Of a DNA stretch of 64,000 nucleotides, positions 54,271-63,346 are shown one piece after another (within the stretch, counting starts at the first letter, position 1; each line of letters opens with the position of its first letter). The position numbers and the translations under genes were made by a program. Under the pieces are notes generated by a model. The model was not told the origin of the DNA and did not search any database. It was given only the letters and a program-made list of their open reading frames with translations. Source of the stretch: an uncultured delta proteobacterium. Lineage in GTDB: Bacteria; Desulfobacterota; Desulfomonilia; UBA1062. The stretch is taken from positions 32,001 to 96,000 of the forward strand of contig CAWAUM010000001.1 of assembly GCA_963785235.1 (NCBI GenBank). Direction: 5' to 3'.

Positions 54271-55422
54271 ATGTCATTGCTTGATAAGTACTATACCGGA
54301 GAACACCAGATCTTCCGCGAATCCGTGAGGCGGTATTTCGAAAAAGAGGTCACCCCGAACGTAGATAAATGGGAGAAAGACGGGATCGTCCCCAAGGAGG
54401 CCTGGAAGAAATTCGCAGCACAGGGATTCCTCTGTCCATGGCTGAGTGAGGAATACGGCGGCTCAGGGGCCGACTTCCTCTATTCCTTCATTATTGCCGA
54501 AGAGATGGCACGCACACACTGTGGAGGCTTCCTGGTCCACCTCCACTCGGACATCATCGTGCCCTACATCTTCACCTACGGTAACGATGAACAGAAGAAG
54601 AAATGGCTGCCCGGCTGCGTCACGGGTGACATTATCACGGCGGTTGCCATGACCGAGCCGGGAACGGGCTCCGACCTGGCAGCCATACGCACTACAGCGG
54701 TTAAAGACGGCGATTCCTACATCATCAACGGACAGAAGACCTTTATCAGTAACGGCATCAACTGCGACCTGGTCATCGTGGCCGCCCGGACCAACCTGAA
54801 TGCCGCCAGCCCCTACGAGGGCATGTCGCTCATCGTGGTGGAGGCAGGTACGCCCGGGTTTGAAAAGGGCAGGCAGCTCGAAAAGATCGGGATGCATTCT
54901 CAGGACACCTCCGAGATGGCCTTTGTGGATTGCCGTGTCCCGGCATCGAACCTTCTTGGTCCTGAGGGTCAGGGATTCTACTTTCTCATGGACAAGCTCC
55001 AGCAGGAGCGCCTCGTATGCGCCATGGGCTCCCAGGTGGCGGCCGAGGAGGCCCTGCGTCTGACCATCGAATACACCAAGACGCGTGAGGCCTTCGGCAG
55101 GCCCATCAGCCGCTTCCAGTACATCTCCTTCGAGCTCGCCAAGATGGCGACCGAGGTGGAAGTGGGTCGCGCCTTTGTAGAGAGCCTGCTCATCGATCAT
55201 ATTGAAGGCAGGAAAGATATCAAGAAGGCATCCATGGCCAAGTACTGGGTCTGCGAGATGCTCAACCGGGTGGTGGCACAATGCGTCCAGTTCCACGGCG
55301 GCTACGGGTACATGGAAGAATACCCCATTGCCCGTATGTTCCGTGATGCAAGGGTCCAGACCATCTATGCTGGCACATCCGAGATCATGCTGCTCATCAT
55401 TTCAAGGCAGCTTGGACTATAA
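54271..55422 (+). CDS. Acyl-CoA dehydrogenase (LCAD type)
   Basis: AMTEPGTGSD, NGQKTFISNG, LQQERL, HGGYGY, IYAGTSE. Confidence 0.93.
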   Translation: MSLLDKYYTGEHQIFRESVRRYFEKEVTPNVDKWEKDGIVPKEAWKKFAAQGFLCPWLSEEYGGSGADFLYSFIIAEEMARTHCGGFLVHLHSDIIVPYIFTYGNDEQKKKWLPGCVTGDIITAVAMTEPGTGSDLAAIRTTAVKDGDSYIINGQKTFISNGINCDLVIVAARTNLNAASPYEGMSLIVVEAGTPGFEKGRQLEKIGMHSQDTSEMAFVDCRVPASNLLGPEGQGFYFLMDKLQQERLVCAMGSQVAAEEALRLTIEYTKTREAFGRPISRFQYISFELAKMATEVEVGRAFVESLLIDHIEGRKDIKKASMAKYWVCEMLNRVVAQCVQFHGGYGYMEEYPIARMFRDARVQTIYAGTSEIMLLIISRQLGL

Positions 55423-55453
55423 AACAACAAGATTATGAGATTGTGGAGGGAGT

Positions 55454-56777
55454 ATGGCAAAAAAAACAGATAAGTCAGCGCGCAGGGTCGTGGTCATCGA
55501 CGGGTGCCGGGTTCCCGTTCCAGCGCTCCGGTACCGGTTTTTACGACCTCATGGCCTGGCAGCTCGGTAGTTTTGCAGTGAAGGGCCTCCTGGCCAGGAC
55601 AGGCGTTTCTCCCCAGGACATCGATCATGTCCTGATGGGGTGCGTGGCCACCGACATCGCCACGACGAACGTGGCGCGCGAGGTGGCGCTCGGCGCGGGT
55701 CTGCCCATCAATGTGCCTGCGCATACCTGCACAATTGCCTGCGTGTCGGCCAATATGGCCTTCACCAACGGGGCCAATCTCATCGAGACGGGCAATGCAG
55801 ATATCGTGATCGCAGGGGGCGTGGAGAGCTGTTCGGATGCCGACATAAAGGTATCCAAGAAGTTCCGCAGGTTCATCCTCGATATGACCATGTACCATAA
55901 ACCCAAAGGGTTTGCCGGTGTTCTTAAGCACCTGAAGAACATGAGACCCGCTGGACTTCCTGCTTCCTGAAAAGCCTGCCGTGGCCGAGTATGCAACAGG
56001 CCTGCTCATGGGGCAGACCGCGGAGATACTTGCCAAGCGTCTGGGCATTTCACGCCGGGAACAGGATGAGTATGCCGTGCTCTCGCACCAGCGGGCCGCC
56101 AAGGCACAGGAGGACGGTATCTTCAAGCAGGAGATCGTGCCGGTGGTGGTGCCCTGGTAAGGACAAGGCCATCGTGAGCGACAACGGCCCAAGGAAGGAT
56201 ACGGCCCTGGACAAGCTCGGCAAGCTCAAGGGTGCCTTTGACAAGAAATATGGCTCCGTAACGGCTGCGAATTCGTCATTCTTAACCGATGGCGGTGCCG
56301 CGGTTCTCCTCATGAGCGAGCAGAAGGCAAAAGAACTCGGTTTGAAGCCCAAGGCTTATCTGAAGTCATATGCCTATACCGGGCAGGACCTGGTGGAAGA
56401 GCTCCTGCTGGGCCCTGCATTTGCCATCCCGGCTGCCACTGAAAAAGGCCGGACTCAAGCTCAAAGATATCGGCGTATTCGAGATCCATGAGGCCTTTGC
56501 CTCCCAGATGATCGGCAATGTGCGATCATTGGCCTCCAGGCAGTTTGCCCAGGAAAGGCTCGGGTTGGACAAGGCCGTGGGCGAGATCGACTATGACAAA
56601 CTGAACAGATACGGCGGGTCGCTCTCCCTGGGTCATCCCTTCGGGGCCACGGGCGGCAGGCTCATCACTACCTGCTGCAACCGGATGATGGACGAGGGCT
56701 CTCAGTTCGGGGTCGTGGCCGGGTGCGGTGCCGGGGCGCAGGGAAATGCCATTATCTTTGAAGCGGCAAATGCATGA
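55454..56777 (+). CDS. fadI: 3-ketoacyl-CoA thiolase, trifunctional-enzyme beta type (several frameshifts)
   Basis: [47 protein letters not shown]. Confidence 0.82.
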
Positions 56778-56797
56778 AGTGAAGGAGGTTTGACACC

Positions 56798-58987
56798 ATG
56801 AAAAACTTAACGGTAGAGAAGAACGAAAAAGGGGTTATGACAGTCACCATCGACTGCCCGGACTCCAAGGTGAATAAGGTCAGTAGCGGCCTGCTCGCAG
56901 AAATTTCCGGCCTGCTTGACAGCATGGAAAAAGACGTTACCGTCAAAGGGCTCGTCATATTAAGCGGCAAGGATGACAACTTCGTGGTTGGCGCGGACGT
57001 GGATGAGCTCGATGCCATGAAGTCCAAGGATGAGGTGGTCACCTACATCACCAAGGCCCATAACGTCCTGGCGAGGATCGAATCGCTGCCGTACCCAGTG
57101 GTATGCGGCATCCACGGCAACTGTCTCGGCGGAGGCCTGGAGCTTGCGCTGGTGGCGGATTACCGGATTGCCTCCGATTCCCCCAAGACATCGCTCGGCC
57201 TGCCCGAGGTCCAGCTCGGCCTCATCCCGGCTGCAGGCGGTACCCAGCGGCTCCCAAGGCTCATCGGCCTGTCCAATGCATTGCCCCTTATGCTCACAGG
57301 CAGAAACCTCAGGGCAAAGAAGGCCCTCAAAATGGGCCTTGTGGATGAGGTGGTGATGCAGCAGGGCATGAGGGATGTGGTTATCAGAAAGGCAGGTGAT
57401 CTGGCGGATAAAGGGGTCAAGGCCCCTGCAAGGAATAACAAGAAGAAGGGCCTGCAGCAGAAGGTCCTCGATGCGACGCTCAACCGGTTTCTCAACGAGA
57501 CGCCCATGGGACGCAAGGTCGTCTTCTCCCAGGCCAGGAAGCAGGTACACAAGCAGACCCTGGGATTGTACCCGGCTGCGCTTGCCATCATCTCCTCGGT
57601 GGAGTTCGGGCTTCAGCATGGCCTCAACAAGGGGCTCGCCAACGATATCAGGGTCTTTGGCGAGCTGGTCATGGACGGCAAGTCCAAGGCCCTTCGCAGC
57701 CTCTTTGACGGCATGACCGCGCTCAAGAAGAACCCGTACAAGGACAAGGCCCTGCCGGTCAAGAAGCTGGCGGTCCTTGGGGCAGGGCTTATGGGGCACG
57801 GTATTGCATCGGTCTCCACAGGTCTGTGTGAAACCATACTGATAAAAGACGTCTCCCTTGACGCGGCGGCAAAGGGTATGAAGGAGATATACAAGGGGCT
57901 CGACAAGAGGGCGAGGTCCGGGTCCATCACCAGGTTCGAACGCGATGTCCAGTATGGCAAGCTGCTGGCATGCGATGATTACAGCCGGTTCGCGCACACC
58001 GACATGGTGATCGAGGCCGTGTTCGAAGATATCGACCTCAAACACAAGATCTTAGCCGAGGTAGAGGCGGCCACCGACGAGAAGACCATCTTTGCCTCCA
58101 ATACATCAGCGCTGCCCATCACCCTTATTGCACAAAAGAGCAAGAGGCCCGCCAACATCATCGGCATGCACTATTTCTCACCGGTGCCCAAGATGCCTCT
58201 CCTTGAGATCATCACCACGGACAAGACCGCTGACTGGGTCAGGGCAACGGCCCTGGAGTTCGGCATCGCCCAGGGAAAGACCTGCATCGTGGTGAAGGAC
58301 TGCCCGGGATTTTATACCACCCGCATCCTCATCCCCATGCTCAACGAAGCCATGAAACTCATCGAAGAAGGTGCCGAGATCAAGGCAATAGACACGGCCA
58401 TGAAACAGTTCGGCTATCCGGTGGGGCCCATCACCTTAGTGGATGAGCTGGGCATAGACGTGGCGGCCCACGTCGCCAAGGGGGAGGTGAAAAAGCTCTT
58501 CGATGCACGGGGTCTGAAGGCCTCTGAGGGATATACCAAGCTCTTCGAGAGGGGATACAAGGGCAGGAAGAACAAAAAGGGCTTTTATGTCTATGACGAG
58601 CCCAAGAAGAAGGGCCTCATGGGCCTGGTGAAAAAGAAGGGCGGGAGGCCGGTGAATACCGAGGTCTACGAGATCCTGGGCGGAGCCAGGAAGAACTTTG
58701 CAGCCGAAGAAATTCAGGACCGCCTGGCCATGGCCATGATCAATGAAGCTGCGCTGTGCCTCCAGGAGGGAATCCTCTCCTGTGCACGGGATGGTGATAT
58801 CGGCGCCGTGTTCGGCCTGGGCTTCCCGCCGTTCACGGGCGGTCCTTTCAGGTACATCGATGCCGTGGGCGCCAAGACAATAGTGGAAAAGATGAAACGC
58901 CTGGAGCAGAGTTATGGAGCGCTCTATAAGCCGGCTGATATCCTGGTGGAAATGGCTGCAAAGAACAAAAAGTTCCATGCATCCTGA
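56798..58987 (+). CDS. fadJ: Fatty acid oxidation complex alpha subunit (enoyl-CoA hydratase / 3-hydroxyacyl-CoA dehydrogenase)
   Basis: FVVGAD, CLGGGLE, LGLPEVQLG, GAGLMG, ASNTSALP, GMHYFSPV.KMPL.E, GFPPFTGGPF. Confidence 0.9.
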   Translation: MKNLTVEKNEKGVMTVTIDCPDSKVNKVSSGLLAEISGLLDSMEKDVTVKGLVILSGKDDNFVVGADVDELDAMKSKDEVVTYITKAHNVLARIESLPYPVVCGIHGNCLGGGLELALVADYRIASDSPKTSLGLPEVQLGLIPAAGGTQRLPRLIGLSNALPLMLTGRNLRAKKALKMGLVDEVVMQQGMRDVVIRKAGDLADKGVKAPARNNKKKGLQQKVLDATLNRFLNETPMGRKVVFSQARKQVHKQTLGLYPAALAIISSVEFGLQHGLNKGLANDIRVFGELVMDGKSKALRSLFDGMTALKKNPYKDKALPVKKLAVLGAGLMGHGIASVSTGLCETILIKDVSLDAAAKGMKEIYKGLDKRARSGSITRFERDVQYGKLLACDDYSRFAHTDMVIEAVFEDIDLKHKILAEVEAATDEKTIFASNTSALPITLIAQKSKRPANIIGMHYFSPVPKMPLLEIITTDKTADWVRATALEFGIAQGKTCIVVKDCPGFYTTRILIPMLNEAMKLIEEGAEIKAIDTAMKQFGYPVGPITLVDELGIDVAAHVAKGEVKKLFDARGLKASEGYTKLFERGYKGRKNKKGFYVYDEPKKKGLMGLVKKKGGRPVNTEVYEILGGARKNFAAEEIQDRLAMAMINEAALCLQEGILSCARDGDIGAVFGLGFPPFTGGPFRYIDAVGAKTIVEKMKRLEQSYGALYKPADILVEMAAKNKKFHAS

Positions 58988-59003
58988 TGTAAGTTATATA
59001 AGC

Positions 59004-59117
59004 TAATTGAAAAAGTCCTAGATTGTCATTCCCGCGAAGGCAGGAATCCAGTCTTTTCAAGAACTTCTGGACCCCCGCTCAAGCGGGGGTGATACCTTCT
59101 TGGAGTTTTTTACAATT
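59004..59117. repeat. REP doublet with outer inverted repeat (second copy)
   Basis: TGTCATTCCCGCGAAGGCAGGAATCCAG...CTGGACCCCCGCTCAAGCGGGGGTGATA, the reverse complement of 44349-44421. Confidence 0.85.
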
Positions 59118-59120
59118 TAT

Positions 59121-59339
59121 TAAACCCGGATTTTGAGTTGAAGAGCCGTAAAAGCCTGATCCGTTCAAAACCTGCATCTTGCAGCCATGAAGGACCGATA
59201 GATTCAGCATTCTTCAAAGGCTGCAAGATGCAGGTTTTGAACGGACCTAGTTTTTAAAAACCAAAACCATGGTCACTATGCGTTTCATGTGTAAAGCCAA
59301 CCAATGCTTATGCAGCGTTCAATCGCAAAATCCGGGTTA
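59121..59339 (+). repeat. Long-hairpin MITE-like repeat, copy C (most complete)
   Basis: Terminal IRs TAAACCCGGATTTTGAGTTGAA / TTCAATCGCAAAATCCGGGTTA; perfect internal 27-bp IR 59160-59186/59219-59245 with a 32-nt spacer. Confidence 0.88.
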
Positions 59340-59349
59340 CATTTGAACC

Positions 59350-59385
59350 GGGCCGCCATGACGGGCAAGACAGTCATGGCGGCCC
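59350..59385. terminator. Hairpin between convergent fadJ and gntR-type genes
   Basis: GGGCCGCCATGAC-N10-GTCATGGCGGCCC perfect 13-bp stem. Confidence 0.6.
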
Positions 59386-59404
59386 TTGAAACAGGAGGGT
59401 TGAT

Positions 59405-60148
59405 TCAGGTGACCGATAATGCCTTTTTCAATGATCGTTTCAGATAATCGATATGTTCCACAGTAGCCTGGCGTGCTGCATCACCGTCGCGCCTTTCAAT
59501 GGCCTGGTAGAGCGCATAGAGCTGCCTGACAATGGTGCGCGAGCTTCCCTCGATGGTTGAAAGCTTTTTCCTGCTGTAGGGCAAAGCGCCTATAAGCAGT
59601 GAATTCATTGACTTGCGGATATGCAGAAAGATTGAATTCTTCGTCGATTCCAAAAGGGCGGTGAAAAAATCGATATAGAGCTTGCCGCCTAAAACCACAT
59701 TGTGGAGCACCGCGTCCTCTCCTACCTCTACGGCGCGCTCGTATATCTTCTTGAGCCGTGCAAGGTCTTTGGCCGATGCGTTGAGGCAGGCAAGGCGGGC
59801 CGCCTCGGAATCCAGTATCCGGCGGACGCACAACAGCTCCCAGATCTTCTCCTGGTCCACAAGCAACAGGTCTTCGAGAGACGTCCTTCCGGCATCTGCA
59901 GAGGATCTGACATACTTGCCTTTCCGATGCCGGGACTCCACGTATCCTTTGGCTTCAAGAAGCTTCATGGCCTCCCGCAGCGAGATCCTGCTGATGCGGA
60001 AGCGCTCGGTCATTTCGTGTTCGGATGGGAGTCTGTCGCCCGGTTTGAGCTTGCCCCGGCTGATGAGGTCGATAATCTGGTCAGCCACCAGCGTAGGTAT
60101 AGCCGGCGACTTCCGGATTGGCGAGATGAATCTTCCTTTTGTCTCCAT
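59405..60148 (-). CDS. GntR/FadR-family regulator (FCD domain)
   Basis: LKPGDRLPSE, ISR.SLREA, RRILDSEAA.LA, N..F, EHI. Confidence 0.9.
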   Translation of the reverse strand: METKGRFISPIRKSPAIPTLVADQIIDLISRGKLKPGDRLPSEHEMTERFRISRISLREAMKLLEAKGYVESRHRKGKYVRSSADAGRTSLEDLLLVDQEKIWELLCVRRILDSEAARLACLNASAKDLARLKKIYERAVEVGEDAVLHNVVLGGKLYIDFFTALLESTKNSIFLHIRKSMNSLLIGALPYSRKKLSTIEGSSRTIVRQLYALYQAIERRDGDAARQATVEHIDYLKRSLKKALSVT

Positions 60149-60500
60149 CGCTATTCCAATAGTAAGTTGACTTATGGTCTTACTATTATACAAGTCATAT
60201 TAACAATCAAGATTATTCGGCATGTCTTGAAAATTATAATACATCCGGCGCCAGCACTCTTTTAAGAGAAGAGATCATGATGGGGGTTTGACACATCATA
60301 GCCGTCATGTGAAAGTGTAACGGCTGTGCTACGAAAAACGTTTATACTGCAGAGGTATTGTTTTGAAAATAAAAGAGTTAAAGTAATCCACCCCGAGATG
60401 TGAAACGAGCTACGTAAGAATGACACGTATACAGAAAAATTTGCCCCAATCAAAGTAACTTGTTCTGCAGGAATAACCCTTATAGCCGACAGCTATATCC

Positions 60501-61955
60501 CTACTTTGACTTCTTATCCTTGGTATCGAGTGCCGATTTCAGCTTATCTCCCAGCGAGCCGAAAGATTTGCCGGTTTCCGAGGCAAAACCCTTCCAGTCG
60601 CCTCCTGCATGGGCGTCTCCCGGGGCCAGCGTGATCTTGCGGTTGGTGATGTCCATCTCCTCGACGCACACCGTGATCTTGTCACCTTCGCGCTTCTTCT
60701 CGATCTCGTGGGCATCGTAGGAGGCAGAGATCTTGGATTTGGGCATGAGGCCCGTAACGCCGGGCTCCAGGTTGACGAAAAAGCCGTACTTCTCTTTGCG
60801 CTCCAGAGTACCTTCCACCACCTGGCCGATCTTAAAGCGCTCGCCCAGAGCGATCCAAGGGTCGCCCTCGGCCTCTTTCATGGAAAGCGAGATCCTCTTG
60901 GATTCAGGCGAAATGTCCTTGATCATCACATCCACTTCGTCACCCACCGAGACCATGTCCTGGGGCTTTTTCACGCGCTTCTTGTAGCTCATCTCGCTGA
61001 TGTGCACGAGCCCCTCGATACCCGGTGCTATCTCAACGAACACACCAAAGTCCGCGATTCGCGTTACCTTTGCGCGGAGTCTTTCCCCGGGCTTGAAATG
61101 GTTCAGCACGCTGACCCAGGGGTCGTCCCCTACCTGTTTCATGGACAGCGATATCCTCTTGCGGCTGGACTTGGGGTCCTGCTCGATGCTGAGCACCTTG
61201 ACCGTGATCTTCTCGCCTATGTGCAGGATGTCTTCAGGCGAGAGTATCCTTGACCAGCTCATCTCGGATACGTGAATCATGCCCTCAATGCCCTCAGAGA
61301 GTTCCACGAGTGCGCCATAGGGCATGAGCCTGTTCACCTTGCCCTCAAGCACGGCACCTACTTCCATGCGGTCGAAGAAGGCCTCTTTTATCCTGGTTTG
61401 TTCCTGCTCCAGCAAGGTCTTTCTGGAAAGGATAATATTGTCTCCGTCTTCCTCCAGCTCGGTGATGAGGAAGAGGTATGTCTTGCCTATATGGACGGCA
61501 GTGTCTTCGACGCGGAACAGGTCCATCTGGCTGAAGGGACAGAAGGCCTTGCGTTTTACCACCTCAACCCGGTAGCCGCCCTTGACCTGCTCCAACACCT
61601 TCCCTTCGATGGGCACTGCCTTTTCGTGGGCATCTTGCAGGATGGTCAGGCCGCCGATTCCGGAGATGGCCTTGCTCAGCTTGATCTCGCCGCCGCGCCG
61701 GGACATGACAAAGGCATCAATGGTGTCGCCGACCTCATAAGGCAGGTTTCCTTCCTCGTCAGCAAACTCTGAGCGATCGATGACGCCGTCCATCTTGTAT
61801 CCGGTGTCCACGAAAATATGCTCTCTTCCAATAGAAATGATCTTGCCTTTGATCCTGTCTCCCACCTGGATGGTGTCGCGTTGTTCCGAGCCGTAGGAAT
61901 CGAGGAGCTCTGCCATGGTCTTGGTGGAGTCGTCCGAATTGTTTTCCTGTGTCAT
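60501..61955 (-). CDS. rpsA: 30S ribosomal protein S1-like multi-S1-domain protein
   Basis: Repeated S1 motifs (YGALVEL, FGVFVEI..GIEGLVHISEMS, RISLSMK, DPW), C-terminal FGSLGD.L. Confidence 0.8.
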   Translation of the reverse strand: MTQENNSDDSTKTMAELLDSYGSEQRDTIQVGDRIKGKIISIGREHIFVDTGYKMDGVIDRSEFADEEGNLPYEVGDTIDAFVMSRRGGEIKLSKAISGIGGLTILQDAHEKAVPIEGKVLEQVKGGYRVEVVKRKAFCPFSQMDLFRVEDTAVHIGKTYLFLITELEEDGDNIILSRKTLLEQEQTRIKEAFFDRMEVGAVLEGKVNRLMPYGALVELSEGIEGMIHVSEMSWSRILSPEDILHIGEKITVKVLSIEQDPKSSRKRISLSMKQVGDDPWVSVLNHFKPGERLRAKVTRIADFGVFVEIAPGIEGLVHISEMSYKKRVKKPQDMVSVGDEVDVMIKDISPESKRISLSMKEAEGDPWIALGERFKIGQVVEGTLERKEKYGFFVNLEPGVTGLMPKSKISASYDAHEIEKKREGDKITVCVEEMDITNRKITLAPGDAHAGGDWKGFASETGKSFGSLGDKLKSALDTKDKKSK

Positions 61956-62142
61956 GTGCGACCTCAATAAATAGATTAAAGGTATATCGGGTAGATGGAT
62001 GCTATAATTGAAATCTCATTGAGAGTAAATCTTAAAGTGCATGGGGGGGGCGAATCAAGGCGGATTTTGCGGTTTAAAATATCGACGTAAAAAACTATCG
62101 CAGTGGAAGGCCATATTCATCAAGACTGATGGAGGATCCATC

Positions 62143-62322
62143 GGATTTTGCTTTAGGACTTAGCTGATCCGTTAAAATCTCATCTTGCAGCCCTTAAGGA
62201 CCGGGAAAATTAGCATTCTCCTAAGGCTGCAAGATGACTGTAGATTTTAACATAGATCCGAGTCTTATGCTTCTACATAAAACGCAATGATCCGTGATTC
62301 GGACCTATGTAAAAAATTCCAT
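62143..62322 (+). repeat. Long-hairpin MITE-like repeat, copy D (degenerate)
   Basis: CTGATCC-GTTAAAATCTCATCTTGCAGCC-32 nt-GGCTGCAAGATGA(insert)AGATTTTAAC; displaced GGACCTATGTAAAAAATTCCAT. Confidence 0.75.
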
Positions 62323-62331
62323 TTAAGGGTG

Positions 62332-63241
62332 TCAGGTAATAACAAGCCACCGGTATTCGCGCACATGGTCAAGGAACTCTAGGATGATCTCCTGTTTTTC
62401 CGTTGAACAGGCGTGGCTGGTAAAGATAAACCTCAATGCAGTAGCATCTTTAATCCCCAGGAGATCCAGCAGCGGCCCGGTGGAGATGGTCCTGCCGAAG
62501 GCGCGGGCCACCTTGATAAGATGCGAGAACCTTATGGTATACTCACTGTGGGCATAGAGCGGGATCTCCCTGGGGAAGGAATCAAGAGCCAATCCTTCGG
62601 TCAGGTAGGGCATAGTGCCAGGGATGATTGGGTCGCAGGAATGCTCGCTGATGAATGCCGGTACCTCCGAGCCTGCAGATGGTTTCCAAGAGCCGCAGCG
62701 CCCCGATATTAAAATTGAATGGCCCCTGAAGGGGAATTTCAAGCCCATAGTTTGTAATGAGCTGTGACACATCTTCGGGGAGATTATAAGGATCGAGGTC
62801 GGTAGCTGTATCGAGATCGCCGATGACCTCGTTTATAAGGATAAGGTCCAGGCGGCCTTTGGCCCCCTTGAGGTCGTGGATATCGGCCTTGATGAAGGAG
62901 ACCTTGTCAGGAAACTCTTCAAGCCTTTCACGCTGTTTTTTCAGCAGCATCGTGGATAAATCCATCATGAAGGCCTTTTGTATAAGCCGTCCATGCGGGG
63001 AGGTCAGCAGGCTGTGCATGAGGCTGCCGTAACCACCACCCATCTCAAGGACAACCGAATAGGGCTCAAGCAGGCCCATGTTTACCAGGAAATCACCCAG
63101 AAGCTCTCCATATGCCTTTTCCAGGTTAAAGGCCTTTATGTATGGGCTTTTACGTGAGCCCAGAGATTCGCAGATGGTGAACTCCTTGAGAAGATCGATT
63201 GGATTAGCCCTATGAAAGCCACGGGTGCTGTTTATGCCCAT
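62332..63241 (-). CDS. Class I SAM-dependent methyltransferase-like protein (frameshift near 62670)
   Basis: VLEMGGGYG, MDLS, FIKADI, DLILINEVIGD. Confidence 0.72.
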
Positions 63242-63346
63242 GGCATCAGGTTAATACAGGATTTGTGTAGGAGTTTACAAGGGTAAATCCATTGATGAGC
63301 TTGGATTTCTGTGTTATGTCCCCTGCCAGGAAAAGGAGGGACATCA

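Noticed and set aside
303-58978. Long antisense and alternate-frame ORFs (e.g. 303-1271, 3485-4573, 27462-28343, 48635-49726, 56960-58045)
   Set aside because: Shadow ORFs of GC-rich genes with strong codon bias; no recognisable motifs or RBS.
31851-62322. Hairpin repeats as a CRISPR array or plain terminators
   Set aside because: Copies are dispersed, the spacer is conserved rather than unique, and there are no cas genes. One copy sits between divergent genes, and homology extends ~100 bp beyond the stem.
1674-63241. About 30 frameshifts (argG, argH, lysA, dapA, dapB, livG/M, fadI and others) as programmed frameshifting or mass pseudogenisation
   Set aside because: They are mostly single extra bases scattered through housekeeping genes, with no slippery or phase-variable tracts and with intact motifs on both sides. 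This is typical of uncorrected long-read indels.
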